Assembly (NCBI GenBank): GCA_005888095.1
Contig: VBKF01000140.1
Span: 4,602 to 68,601, forward strand
Source of the DNA: Deltaproteobacteria bacterium
Lineage (GTDB): Bacteria; Desulfobacterota; Binatia; DP-6
DNA length: 64,000 bases
Direction of reading: 5' to 3'
Positions 45,912 through 55,795 of the stretch are shown piece after piece. Both the position numbers and the translations under genes were made by a program. Numbering within the stretch: position 1 is the first letter of the stretch; each line of letters begins with the position of its first letter. Under the pieces are notes generated by a model. That model searched no databases. It was not told where the DNA came from and was given only the letters and a program-made list of their open reading frames with translations.

Positions 45912-46402
45912 GCGCGCTCATCTTCCTCCTCCTGGCCGCGCTGGTCCTGGCGGCGGCGCTGACGGTCGTGGTGCACCCGAGCCCGGTCTACAGCGCGTGC
46001 GCGCTGGTCGTGACGCTCTTCCTCCTCTCGGTCTTCTTCGTCGCCCTCGATGCGCAGCTCGTCGCGGTGCTCCAGGTGATCGTCTACGCCGGGGCGATCG
46101 TCGTGCTCTTCCTCTTCGTCATCATGCTGCTCAACCTGACCCAGACGGAGCCGCGCCCGACGGCCGGCGCGCCGCTGGTCGCCGTCGCCGTGGGGGGCGG
46201 CGTCGCCGTCGTGGCGCTGGTGGCCACCGTGCTCCGCCGGGTCGCGCCGCCGGGTACGCCGGTGCTGCCCGCAGGCTTCGGCGACACCGCGGCGCTCGGC
46301 CGCCGGCTGTTCACGGCCTATCTGCTGCCCTTCGAGCTGACGTCGGTCCTGCTGCTCGTCGCCATCGTCGGGGCGGTGGGGCTGGCCAAGCGGAGGCCGT
46401 GA
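45908..46402 (+). CDS. nuoJ: NADH-quinone oxidoreductase subunit J
   Basis: 164-aa ND6-like membrane protein; GTG overlaps the nuoH stop. Confidence 0.8.
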   Translation: MSALIFLLLAALVLAAALTVVVHPSPVYSACALVVTLFLLSVFFVALDAQLVAVLQVIVYAGAIVVLFLFVIMLLNLTQTEPRPTAGAPLVAVAVGGGVAVVALVATVLRRVAPPGTPVLPAGFGDTAALGRRLFTAYLLPFELTSVLLLVAIVGAVGLAKRRP

Positions 46403-46403
46403 C

Positions 46404-46715
46404 GTGCCGCCGACGGCGCCCCTCACCTGGTACCTCGGGCTCAGCGCCGTGCTGTTCGCGATCGGCGCCATCGGCGTGCTCATCCGCCGCAACGTCATCG
46501 TCATCTTCATGGCGATCGAGCTCATGCTGAACGCCGTCAACCTGACCTTCGTGGCGCTCGCCCGGAGCCTCGGCTCGATGGACGGGCAGGTGATCGTCTT
46601 CTTCGTGATGACCGTCGCCGCCGCCGAGGCGGCCGTCGGCCTCGCGATCATCATCGCGCTCTTCCGCAACGGCGAGACGATGAACGCGGACGAGCTGGTG
46701 ACGCTGCGGTGGTGA
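46404..46715 (+). CDS. nuoK: NADH-quinone oxidoreductase subunit K
   Basis: ~103-aa ND4L-like protein (…[29 protein letters not shown]…). Confidence 0.85.
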   Translation: MPPTAPLTWYLGLSAVLFAIGAIGVLIRRNVIVIFMAIELMLNAVNLTFVALARSLGSMDGQVIVFFVMTVAAAEAAVGLAIIIALFRNGETMNADELVTLRW

Positions 46716-48592
46716 CGCCGACGACGCTCCTCCGCTGGATCATCCTCCTGCCGGCCGCGGGCGTGCTCTTCCACGTCTTCCTCGGGCGGCGGGCGACGGC
46801 GGCCGTGAAGCTCGTCGGCCCGGGGCTCGTGGGCGCGGCGTTCGCGGTGGCCGTGGCGGCCGCGCTCCGGCTCCGCGCGCTGCCCGAGGGCGGGCTCCTC
46901 CGCGACCACCTCTACACCTGGATCGCCGCGGGGCCCTTCCGCGCCGAGGCCGCGCTCCGGTTCGACGCACTCTCGGCGGTCATGGCGCTCGTGGTGACGG
47001 GCGTCGGCTTTCTCATCCACGTCTACTCGGTCGGCTACATGCACGGCGATCGGGGCTTCGCGCGCTACTTCGCCTACCTGAACCTGTTCACGACCGCGAT
47101 GCTCATCCTCGTGCTCGCCGACAACCTGCCGCTCCTCTTCGTCGGCTGGGAGGGCGTGGGGCTCTGCTCCTATCTCCTGATCGGCTTCTGGTACGAGAAG
47201 ACGGAGAACGCCGCGGCGGGGAAGAAGGCCTTCCTCGTGAACCGCATCGGCGACGCGGGCTTCCTCCTCGGCCTCTTTCTCCTCGCGTGGACGCTCGGCC
47301 GCCACGGCTACTGGACCCTCGACTTCGCGGCGATCGAGCGTCACCTGGACGTTCTCGCGACGGCGACCGTCGGCGGCTGGCCGGTGCCGCTCGTGGTCGG
47401 CCTCCTCCTCTTCGTCGGTGCGACGGGGAAGTCGGCCCAGATCCCCCTCTACGTCTGGCTGCCCGACGCCATGGCGGGCCCGACGCCCGTCTCCGCGCTC
47501 ATCCACGCCGCCACCATGGTCACGGCGGGTGTCTACATGATCGCGCGCCTGCACGCCGTCTATGCGCTGGCGCCCGCCGCGCTCACGGTCGTGGCCGTGG
47601 TCGGCGCCGCGACCGCGCTCTTCGCCGCGGTCATCGCCACCGCGCAGACCGACATCAAGCGCGTGCTCGCCTACTCGACCGTCAGCCAGCTCGGCTACAT
47701 GTTCCTCGGCCTCGGCGTCGGCGCGACGGGCGCCGCCATCTTCCACCTGGTGACGCACGCCTTCTTCAAGGCGCTGCTCTTCCTGGGCGCCGGGAGTGTG
47801 ATCCACGGCCTCGGCGGCGAGCAGGACATGCGCCGCATGGGGGCTCTCCGGACGCGCCTGCCGGTCACGTTCTGGACGATGACCGCGGCCGCGCTGGCCA
47901 TCGCCGGCGTGCCGCCGCTCTCGGGCTTCTTCAGCAAGGACGAGATCTTATACAGCGCGTTCGCTGGCGCGAACGCGCGGCCCATCCTCGGCGTCGTCGG
48001 CCTCGTCGCGGCGGCGCTCACCGCCTACTACACGGGGCGGCTCGTCTGCCTGACCTTCCTCGGGGAATCGCGCGTGTCGCCCGAGGCCGCGCACCACCTC
48101 CACGAATCGCCGCCGGTGATGACCGTGCCCCTCGCCGTGCTGGCGGTCGGCGCCGTCGTCGGGGGCTTCCTCCCCGTGCCGGCGCTCCTCGGTCACACGG
48201 GCGAAGGAGGACCACCCCTGGCGCTCATGGCGCTCGCCACCGGGCTCGCTGCAGGCGGCCTCTGGCTCGCGTACCAGCTCCACGTCGTCCGCCCAGACGT
48301 CCCCGAAGCGATCGCGGCGCGCCTCGGCGGCTTCTATGGGCTCGTGCGCGACAAGTTCCGCGTCGACGAGCTCTACGACGCGCTCGTCGTCCGGCCGCTG
48401 TTCGCGGCCGCCGACCTCGGGGCGCGCGGCATCGACCCGAAGCTCATCGACGGCGTCGTGAACGGCACGGGCGTGCTCGTGGCCGCGACGAGCGGGCTCT
48501 GGCGCCGGGTCCAGACCGGCAACGTCCAGCACTACGCGCTCTCCTTCCTGATCGGCGCCCTCCTGCTGCTCGGGTACTACGTCGGGCGCTGA
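46709..48592 (+). CDS. nuoL: NADH-quinone oxidoreductase subunit L
   Basis: 627-aa ND5-like antiporter-type subunit (…[19 protein letters not shown]…). Confidence 0.9.
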   Translation: MVTPTTLLRWIILLPAAGVLFHVFLGRRATAAVKLVGPGLVGAAFAVAVAAALRLRALPEGGLLRDHLYTWIAAGPFRAEAALRFDALSAVMALVVTGVGFLIHVYSVGYMHGDRGFARYFAYLNLFTTAMLILVLADNLPLLFVGWEGVGLCSYLLIGFWYEKTENAAAGKKAFLVNRIGDAGFLLGLFLLAWTLGRHGYWTLDFAAIERHLDVLATATVGGWPVPLVVGLLLFVGATGKSAQIPLYVWLPDAMAGPTPVSALIHAATMVTAGVYMIARLHAVYALAPAALTVVAVVGAATALFAAVIATAQTDIKRVLAYSTVSQLGYMFLGLGVGATGAAIFHLVTHAFFKALLFLGAGSVIHGLGGEQDMRRMGALRTRLPVTFWTMTAAALAIAGVPPLSGFFSKDEILYSAFAGANARPILGVVGLVAAALTAYYTGRLVCLTFLGESRVSPEAAHHLHESPPVMTVPLAVLAVGAVVGGFLPVPALLGHTGEGGPPLALMALATGLAAGGLWLAYQLHVVRPDVPEAIAARLGGFYGLVRDKFRVDELYDALVVRPLFAAADLGARGIDPKLIDGVVNGTGVLVAATSGLWRRVQTGNVQHYALSFLIGALLLLGYYVGR

Positions 48593-50112
48593 TGGCGACG
48601 GTGCCGCTGCTCACGCTGCTCGTCTTCGCGCCGCTCGTGGGCGCGGTGCTCCTGGCGCTCCTCCCGCGCGAGCCGCTCGCCGGCGTGCGGCGCGCGGCGC
48701 TCGTCTTCTCGCTCGTCCCGTTCGCGCTCTCGCTCTGGATGCTCGGCCGCTTCCGCCCCGGCGAGGCGGAGTTCCAGCTGGTCGAGCGCGCGGCGTGGAT
48801 CCCCGCCTGGGGCATCGAGTACCGCCTCGGGGTGGACGGCGTGAGCCTCTTCCTCGTCCTCCTGACGGCCTTTCTCACGCCGCTCGTCGTGCTCGCCTCG
48901 TGGGGCGACATCCACCGCCGCGTGAAGGAGTTCTTCGCGCTGCTCCTCGTGCTCGAGACCGGCATGCTCGGCACCTTCCTCGCCCTCGACCTCTTCCTCT
49001 TCTACGTCTTCTGGGAGGTCATGCTCGTCCCGATGGCGTTCCTGATCGGCGTCTGGGGCGGGCCCCAGCGCGTCTACGCGGCGATCAAGTTTGTCCTCTA
49101 CACGATGACCGGCAGCCTCCTCATGCTGGTCGGCATCCTCTACCTCGCCTGGCAGGTGAAGGTGCAGACGGGCGCCTTCGCCTTCGGCTACGAACGCTTT
49201 CTCGCCCTCCACCTGGGCGCGCGCGAGCAGCTCTACCTGTTCGCGGCCTTCGCCCTGGCCTTCGCCATCAAGGTGCCGCTCTTCCCGTTCCACACCTGGC
49301 TTCCCGACGCGCACGTCGAGGCGCCGACCGGCGGCTCGGTGATTCTCGCCGGGGTGCTGCTCAAGATGGGCACGTACGGCTTCCTCCGCTTCGCGATCCC
49401 GCTCTTCCCGGCGGCGGTCGCGACCGCGTCGCCCGCCGTCGTGGCGCTCGCCGTCGCGGGCATCGTCTACGGCGCGTTGGTGGCGACGGTGCAGCCCGAC
49501 CTGAAGAAGCTCGTCGCGTACTCCTCGGTGTCGCACTTGGGCTTCGTGATGCTCGGGCTCTTCGCGCTGACGCCGACGGCGGTGTCGGGCGGCGTCTACC
49601 AGATGCTGAACCACGGGCTCTCGACCGGCGCGCTCTTCCTGCTGGTCGGCATGATCTACGAGCGCCGGCACACGCGCATGATCGCCGACTTCGGGGGGCT
49701 GTGGACCGCGGTGCCGGTCTATGCCGCCTGCTTCCTCGTCGTCATGCTCGCCTCGGTCGGGCTCCCGGGCCTCAACGGCTTCGTCGGCGAGTTCCTGATC
49801 CTGCTCGGCGCCTTCGGCCCGTGGCCCTGGGCGACGGCGGTGGCCACCAGCGGCGTCGTGCTGGGGGCGCTCTACCTCCTCTGGATGTACGAGCGCGTCA
49901 TCTTCGGGCCGCTCGTCCGCCCGGAGAACGCCGCGCTCGAGGACCTCCGCGGACGCGAGCTCGCCGTGCTCGTGCCGATCATCGCCCTCTGCTTCGTGAT
50001 GGGCCTCTACCCGGCGCCCTTCCTCAGGCGCATGCAGCCGTCGGTCGACCGCATCCTGGCACGCGTCCAGAGCGTGGAGGCGCCACGGCTCGCGGCCGGG
50101 GGACGGCGATGA
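48592..50112 (+). CDS. nuoM: NADH-quinone oxidoreductase subunit M
   Basis: ND4-like; ATG overlaps the nuoL stop (TGATG). Confidence 0.9.
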   Translation: MATVPLLTLLVFAPLVGAVLLALLPREPLAGVRRAALVFSLVPFALSLWMLGRFRPGEAEFQLVERAAWIPAWGIEYRLGVDGVSLFLVLLTAFLTPLVVLASWGDIHRRVKEFFALLLVLETGMLGTFLALDLFLFYVFWEVMLVPMAFLIGVWGGPQRVYAAIKFVLYTMTGSLLMLVGILYLAWQVKVQTGAFAFGYERFLALHLGAREQLYLFAAFALAFAIKVPLFPFHTWLPDAHVEAPTGGSVILAGVLLKMGTYGFLRFAIPLFPAAVATASPAVVALAVAGIVYGALVATVQPDLKKLVAYSSVSHLGFVMLGLFALTPTAVSGGVYQMLNHGLSTGALFLLVGMIYERRHTRMIADFGGLWTAVPVYAACFLVVMLASVGLPGLNGFVGEFLILLGAFGPWPWATAVATSGVVLGALYLLWMYERVIFGPLVRPENAALEDLRGRELAVLVPIIALCFVMGLYPAPFLRRMQPSVDRILARVQSVEAPRLAAGGRR

Positions 50113-51572
50113 CGCCGATCGACGTCGGCCCCTTCGCCGCCCACTGGGAGGTGGCGCTGCCCGGGCTCCTGGTCGCCGCGACGGCGATGCTGGTCATGGT
50201 CGCCGACCTGGTCAGCACCGACCCGGATCGCGAGTCGCTCGCCGGCGTCGCCCTCGTCGGGCTGGCGACGGCGGCGGGGGCGGCGCTCTGGCTGTGGGCG
50301 GGCGGGAACGGCGCCGGCGGCTTCGGGGAGACGCTCCGCGCCGACCGCTACGCGCTCTTCTTCGCGCTCCTCCTGATCGCCGCCACGGCCCTCACCATCC
50401 TCCTCTCCGTCGACTTCCTCCGCCTGCACGCGCTGCCGGCGGGCGAGTACTACGCGCTCATGCTGCTCTCGACGAGCGGCATGGTGTTCATGGCCGCGGC
50501 CAACGACCTGATCGTGATCTTCCTCGCGCTCGAGATCATGTCGGTGGCGGTCTACGTGCTGGTCGGCATGCTCCGGCGCGAGGTCCGCTCGAACGAGGCG
50601 TCGCTCAAGTACTTCCTGCTCGGCGCCTTCGCGACCGGGTTCCTGCTCTACGGGATCGCCTTCTTCTACGGCGCCACGGGGAGCACCCGGCTCGACGTCG
50701 TGGCGCAGGCGGTCGCACGCGACGGGCTCACGCCCTTCCTGCTCCTCGGTCTCGCCCTCGTTCTGGTCGGCTTCGGGTTCAAGGTGGCGCTCATCCCGTT
50801 CCACGTCTGGACGCCCGACGTCTACGAGGGCGCCCCGACGGCGGTGACGGCCTTCATGGCGGTCGGCGTCAAGGCGGCGGCCTTCGCCGCCTTCGCGCGC
50901 GTGTTCGCGGGTGCGCTCGTGTCGGTGGCGGCGAGCTGGACGGGCGTCCTCTGGGTGCTCGCGGCGCTCACCATGACGGTCGGCAACGTGGGCGCCGTGA
51001 CGCAGCGGAACGTCAAGCGGATGCTCGCCTACTCGAGCATCGCGCACGCCGGCTACGCGCTCGTGGGACTCGTGACCGCGACCAAGGCGGGCGAGGCCGC
51101 GCTCCTCTACTACCTCGTCGTCTATGCCGTGATGAACCTCGGTGCCTTCGGTGTGCTGATCGCGCTCGGCCGCCGCGGCGAGCCGAACGAGATGCTCCAG
51201 GACTTCGCCGGCGTCGGCTTCCGCCAGCCCGTGCTCGGGCTCACGATGGCCGTCTTCATGCTGTCGCTCGCCGGCATCCCGCCCACGGCGGGCTTCGCGG
51301 GCAAGTTCTACCTCTTCAGCGCCGCGGTGGACGCCGGCTACGTGGGACTCGCCGTGATCGGCGTGCTGAACAGCGTGATCTCGGTCTACTACTACCTCGG
51401 TGTCCTCGTGCAGATGTACATGACCGAGGGCACGCGCCCGATCGACGCCCCGGCGACGCGGCCGTACCTGCTGGCGACGATCCTGTTCGCAGGCGTCGCG
51501 ACGCTGCTGCTCGGCGTCTTCCCGTCGGGCACCATGGAGCTGGCGCGAGTCTCCGTGGCGTCGCTGCGGTAA
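50109..51572 (+). CDS. nuoN: NADH-quinone oxidoreductase subunit N
   Basis: ND2-like; ATG overlaps the nuoM stop. Confidence 0.9.
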   Translation: MTPIDVGPFAAHWEVALPGLLVAATAMLVMVADLVSTDPDRESLAGVALVGLATAAGAALWLWAGGNGAGGFGETLRADRYALFFALLLIAATALTILLSVDFLRLHALPAGEYYALMLLSTSGMVFMAAANDLIVIFLALEIMSVAVYVLVGMLRREVRSNEASLKYFLLGAFATGFLLYGIAFFYGATGSTRLDVVAQAVARDGLTPFLLLGLALVLVGFGFKVALIPFHVWTPDVYEGAPTAVTAFMAVGVKAAAFAAFARVFAGALVSVAASWTGVLWVLAALTMTVGNVGAVTQRNVKRMLAYSSIAHAGYALVGLVTATKAGEAALLYYLVVYAVMNLGAFGVLIALGRRGEPNEMLQDFAGVGFRQPVLGLTMAVFMLSLAGIPPTAGFAGKFYLFSAAVDAGYVGLAVIGVLNSVISVYYYLGVLVQMYMTEGTRPIDAPATRPYLLATILFAGVATLLLGVFPSGTMELARVSVASLR

Positions 51573-51739
51573 GCGCGCGCGTCGGTGTGCGGAAGCAGGG
51601 GTGCCGGCTCCGTTCGACCACGTGGGGCAGGTCCGACGGGTGGCGAGTTCGGGACGACCTCGACGGCGACCCGCTGGCGCTGCGGCGGGATCGGGCGTTC
51701 GCAGCCGAGCACTACCACTTGATCTGCCCCATTCAAGTC

Positions 51740-52582
51740 ATGCGACGCTCGATCCAGCTTCCGTTGCGCCCTCGGACCTGGGGCGGGGCCCGCGCGGGCG
51801 CCGGCCGCCCCGCCGGGGCGCGCCGCCGGGTCCCGCACCGTCGCCGCCCGCCGCACGAGGCGCGGTACCCGGTGCACGGCACCCTCCGCGTCCGGGCGGC
51901 GCTACCCTCCCTCCGCGGCGCTGGCGTCTTTCGCGCCGTCAGCGACGCGCTGGCCGCCTCCTCGCGCCGCGGCTTCCGCGTGCTCGAGTTCTCGGTCCAG
52001 TCCAACCACATCCACCTGCTCGTCGAGGCCGACGATCGCACCCGGCTCTCGCGCGGACTCCAGGGGCTGAAGATCCGCATCGCGCGGGCGGTGAACGGGA
52101 CGCTGCATCGCCGGGGGACCTTCTGGGCCGAGCGCTACCATGCCCGGGCGCTGGCGACGCCGCGGGAGGTCCGGACCGCGCTGGTCTATGTGCTGCGAAA
52201 CGGGCACAGGCACGGCACGTGCCGCCGCGGATTCGATCCGTGCTCGTCGGCGGCATGGTTCACGGGGTGGAAATGCTCGCGGCCTCGGCCCATCTGTCTG
52301 GCACCGGTCGTGCGGCCGCAGACGTGGCTCGCGTCGGTCGGGTGGCGCCGACATGGGCTCATCGGAATCGCGGAAGAACCGGTCCCCGCCGGGCGGGTAG
52401 CTCGGCGCGGAGCGCTGCCATGGTACGCCGGTCGACCCGCGGGCTGCTTCCCGCTTCCCCGCCGCAGGACGTGCGTCACACCCGCGACGCAGGGTCGAGG
52501 CATGCGAGGAGCGCGAGCAGCACGCGGTTCACCGGGACGGGCACGCCCGCACGCGCAGCGGCGCGCACGACGGCGCCGTTGA
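51740..52582 (+). mobile_element. IS200/IS605-like Y1 (HUH) transposase-like gene, solitary (possibly a domesticated REP-associated RAYT type); 3' end uncertain
   Basis: HUH motif SVQSNHIHLLVEA and a catalytic-Tyr region REVRTALVYVLRNGHRHG; no second transposase or obvious terminal inverted repeats; its 3' ~100 nt is antisense to the panE end. Confidence 0.5.
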
Positions 52583-53396
52583 GGGCATCGTGCTCGAGGC
52601 GCCGGCCGCGCCGGTAGTCCTGCAGCATCGAGGTCTCGAAGTCGGGCAACCCCGCGACGCTGTCGGCGAGGACCGCTCCCGTGCGGGTGCGCCGGACCGG
52701 GATGCCGAGGGCGGTCGCCACCGCGTCGACCTCCTCCATGGCGGTGACGACGAGGTCGCCGCTCGCCGGGTCGGCGAGCACGTCGGCCACGCTCGACTGG
52801 GTGAGCGTGGTGACGGCGTTGAACCCGGAGTTCCAGGCGAGCTTCTCCCAGGCGGGGACGAGGATCTCGGAGTGAAGCTGGTTCGGGACCCCGGCGGCGC
52901 CGAGCGCCTCGGCGACGCGCCGTGCGCGCGACGTCTCGCGTCCGTCGGGCTCGCCGAAGACGATGGTGCCACGCCCGCTGTACTCGATCGTCGCTGGGGC
53001 GACGAGCGCCACGCCGATGCGAGTGAAGGCGATCATGAGAGGCGGGAGGCCGAGCGCGCGGGCGAGGACCTCCTCGTTCTCGATGCCGTTCTGGAGCGAG
53101 AGGACGATCGTCTCCGGACCGACGACCGGACGCAGCGCGGCCGCCGCAGCGGCGGTGTCGTACGACTTGACGCAGACGAGCACGAGGTCGGACCGCGGGG
53201 CGTGCGCGGGGTCGCCGACGGCGTGCACGGGTGCCAGGTGGAGGGTGCGCTCGGCGAGCCGCACGGTGAGGCCGTCGCGCCGGAGCGCTTCGAGGTTCTC
53301 GCCGCGCGCCACGAAGGTCACGTCGTGGCCGCCCTTGGCGAGGCGCGCGCCGAAATAGCCACCGACGGCGCCGGCTCCCAGGACGAGGATCCGCAT
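52476..53396 (-). CDS. panE: 2-dehydropantoate 2-reductase
   Basis: MRILVLGAGAVGGYFGARLAKGGHDVTFVAR Rossmann N-terminus and an ApbA-like C-terminal domain; the 83-codon N-terminal extension in the track is rejected. Confidence 0.8.
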   Translation of the reverse strand: MRILVLGAGAVGGYFGARLAKGGHDVTFVARGENLEALRRDGLTVRLAERTLHLAPVHAVGDPAHAPRSDLVLVCVKSYDTAAAAAALRPVVGPETIVLSLQNGIENEEVLARALGLPPLMIAFTRIGVALVAPATIEYSGRGTIVFGEPDGRETSRARRVAEALGAAGVPNQLHSEILVPAWEKLAWNSGFNAVTTLTQSSVADVLADPASGDLVVTAMEEVDAVATALGIPVRRTRTGAVLADSVAGLPDFETSMLQDYRRGRRLEHDALNGAVVRAAARAGVPVPVNRVLLALLACLDPASRV

Positions 53397-53608
53397 CAGT
53401 CCCCGACCGTCTCCCAGTGGACGTCCCAGAACTCCGGCACGGGCGGCCGGAGCTCCGTGTGGCCACCGAAGCACTCGAAGCTCGGGCGGTGCCGGAGGCG
53501 CTCCTCGAGCAAGTGAAGGTACTCCGCGGTCGTCTGGTCCGGCGGCGGCGTGCCGATATCGACCCGGCTCCGCCGGCGGCAGCGCTTGCACGACACGTCC
53601 ACCCGCAT
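53396..53608 (-). CDS. hypothetical 70-aa protein with a CxxC motif, coupled to panE
   Basis: Its stop overlaps the panE start (ATGA); the C-terminal half is protein-like (…DQTTAEYLHLLEERLRHRPSFECFGGHTELRPPVPEFWDVHW…). Confidence 0.3.
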   Translation of the reverse strand: MRVDVSCKRCRRRSRVDIGTPPPDQTTAEYLHLLEERLRHRPSFECFGGHTELRPPVPEFWDVHWETVGD

Positions 53609-53654
53609 CGGCAGCGACGGTAGGCCGGGGCGCGCAGCCAGGCAACCCGCCGAT

Positions 53655-54065
53655 TCACGGCGCGATGCGCTCGAACCCTTCGCTCTTCACCAACCCTTCG
53701 ACCCGCCGGCGAATCTCGTCGCGGATCTCGCGTACGCGCTCGGGCGGCTGTCCCTTCGGGTCCGGCAGGTTCCAGTCCTCCCGGCGCAAGCCCGGCACGA
53801 ACGGGCACGCGTCGCCACACCCCATGGTGACGAGGAGCTCGGCGCCGGCGGCCAGCTCGGCCGTGAGGAGCCGAGGGGTGACGTGGCCGATCTCGATGCC
53901 CGCCTCGCGCATTGTGGCCACGACCTCGGGGTGAACGCGCGAGGCCGGGGCGGTGCCGGCCGAGAGGGCCCGCGCCCTCCTGGGATCGGCGAGCGCGTTG
54001 AAGAAGGCCGCGGCCATCTGCGAGCGCCCGGCGTTTTCGACGCACGCGAAGATCACGGTCGTCAT
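53655..54065 (-). CDS. arsC: arsenate reductase (low-molecular-weight phosphatase family)
   Basis: CVENAGRSQMA CX5R P-loop and a downstream Cys pair (MGCGDACP); start trimmed to the internal ATG (MTTVIFACVEN…). Confidence 0.75.
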   Translation of the reverse strand: MTTVIFACVENAGRSQMAAAFFNALADPRRARALSAGTAPASRVHPEVVATMREAGIEIGHVTPRLLTAELAAGAELLVTMGCGDACPFVPGLRREDWNLPDPKGQPPERVREIRDEIRRRVEGLVKSEGFERIAP

Positions 54066-54097
54066 GGTCGGCGTACCGGGCCGCTCGATCCTGCTAG

Positions 54098-54397
54098 GGT
54101 TGCCGCGGTACCAGGAGAACCTATCACACATTCACCACCACCACGCTCGGCGTTCCGAATTGTGGTGGCAACGGACCATCGTGCTTTGGACTTTGCCCGA
54201 ATGCGCACCAGTGCGTCACGAACCCGAGCACGAACCTCTGCGAGTGCAGCGGTGCCCCGCTGCCCTGCGGTGTCGTGACGGCGGACGGCATGTGCGGGGG
54301 AACGTGTCCTGCCGGGCAGGCATGCCAACTCTACACCCCAACCCTGCCGAACGGCTGCCCGGACTATCCGCGCTGCGCCTGCATCCTCGCGCAGTAG
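54098..54397 (+). other. open cysteine-rich reading frame (16 Cys in 99 codons) with no canonical start codon until late; possible disrupted or unconventional small secreted cysteine-rich peptide gene
   Basis: Translation: …NCGGNGPSCFGLCPNAHQCVTNPSTNLCECSGAPLPCGVVTADGMCGGTCPAGQACQLYTPTLPNGCPDYPRCACILAQ-stop. First in-frame GTG/ATG at 54275/54290; upstream stop at 54095. Confidence 0.3.
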
Positions 54398-54455
54398 AAA
54401 CGCGCACCGAGATGGAGCCGGCGGATGTGCGTAGGTCCGATCCAGAATCAGCTAG

Positions 54456-55085
54456 TCAGCGGCCCCCTCCCCCGACGCAGTGATCCGTGTACAGCTTGCG
54501 CTCCTCCGGGGTCATCGGCGGCGGGGCGACGAAGAACAGCGCGAAGGCTTCGCACTTCACGCCTTTGCAGCTCGTTTGGGAATAGAACCAATTCGGTGAG
54601 CTCCCCGTCTCCTTGATGGTCCACCACTTGTCGCTCGCCGCCGGGGACGGGCGAATCGGGCACCGCGCGGGCTGCAATGCCAATCCGCGATGGGTCAACG
54701 CGGCGAGCACCGTGTCCTCGCCGATCGCCTCACCCTGGTTGCGGAAGTAGACGTTGGTCACCGTCGAGCGTGTCCCGGCGGCCTTGACGGCGACGCGCCG
54801 TCCGGCGATCGTCGCCACACCGTCGCGGGAAAACATCGCGCCGCCGGGCAGTGGCGTGGACAGCATCGTCGGTGGCAGGGGTTGCCAGCGAATCTGCTCG
54901 ACGGCGTCGAGATCCTTCCACATCGAGCCCACGTCCCCTGGCGGGATCAACGCGGCGACGATCTGCGCGAAGGTGTCCTGTGGAGTCTCCGCGTGGACCA
55001 TCGCGCAGGTCCAGACGAGCATGGCTCGGACGAGGAAGGATCGTCGCACCAGGCGCGCTCGAGGTGCTGTGTCGCGTGCTGGCAC
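54456..55085 (-). CDS. secreted hypothetical protein
   Basis: Signal peptide (RRSFLVRAMLVWTCAMVHA) followed by a protein-like sequence of unknown function. Confidence 0.5.
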   Translation of the reverse strand: MPARDTAPRARLVRRSFLVRAMLVWTCAMVHAETPQDTFAQIVAALIPPGDVGSMWKDLDAVEQIRWQPLPPTMLSTPLPGGAMFSRDGVATIAGRRVAVKAAGTRSTVTNVYFRNQGEAIGEDTVLAALTHRGLALQPARCPIRPSPAASDKWWTIKETGSSPNWFYSQTSCKGVKCEAFALFFVAPPPMTPEERKLYTDHCVGGGGR

Positions 55086-55216
55086 GTCCGGAGTACCCTA
55101 TGGGGTAATCAGGTTCGAGAACGAGGTCTTCGCGTGCGCCGTCTCGGGCTCGTCAATTCCCCGACGCTCGGTCACCAATATCTCCTCCCCGCTCTTCACG
55201 AGACGCAGATACCGAC

Positions 55217-55786
55217 TCAGTTCGGCGACGGCTGCCGCGTCCCCTGCGTCCCGAAGTCCACCTTCGGCACCTTCTTCGCCTCCTCCGGCGCCTCGAAGTA
55301 CTGCTGGGGCTGGAAGCCGAACGCCCGCGCGTAGACCACGGCCGGCACGCTCTTGATGTACGCGTTGTACTCGCGGACCGCGTCGTTGTACCGCATACGC
55401 TCGACGGCGATGCGGTTCTCGGTGCCGGCGAGCTCGTCCGAGAGGCGCGCGAACTGCTGGTTGGCCTTGAGATCGGGATAGCGCTCGGCGATGGCGAGGA
55501 GTCGCCCGAGGGCGCCCGAGAGCTGGTTGGCGGCCTCGATCCGTTGCTCGCGCGTGCCGCCGGCGATCAGCCGCGCCCGCGCGTCGGCGACCCGGTCGAA
55601 GACCTCGCGCTCGTGCGTGGCGTAGCCCTTGGTCACCTCGACGAGGTTGGGGATCAGGTCGTTGCGCCGCTGGAGCTGGTTCTCCACCTGCGCCCACGAC
55701 GAGTCGACGCGCTCCTTGAGGGTCACGATGGTGTTGTAGCCGCAGCCGCCGAGCAGCGTCGCCAAGAGGACCAGAAGCCTCGCCAT
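55217..55786 (-). CDS. lemA: LemA-family protein
   Basis: Lipobox LLGGCG plus the LemA core (…RRNDLIPNLVEVTKGYATHER…RYNDAVREYN…). Confidence 0.8.
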   Translation of the reverse strand: MARLLVLLATLLGGCGYNTIVTLKERVDSSWAQVENQLQRRNDLIPNLVEVTKGYATHEREVFDRVADARARLIAGGTREQRIEAANQLSGALGRLLAIAERYPDLKANQQFARLSDELAGTENRIAVERMRYNDAVREYNAYIKSVPAVVYARAFGFQPQQYFEAPEEAKKVPKVDFGTQGTRQPSPN

Positions 55787-55795
55787 GTCTCCTCC

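Noticed and set aside
54062-54407. Minus-strand ORFs 54062..54328 and 54216..54407
   Set aside because: Arginine/alanine-rich with no motifs; the plus-strand cysteine-rich frame is the more striking signal in this stretch.
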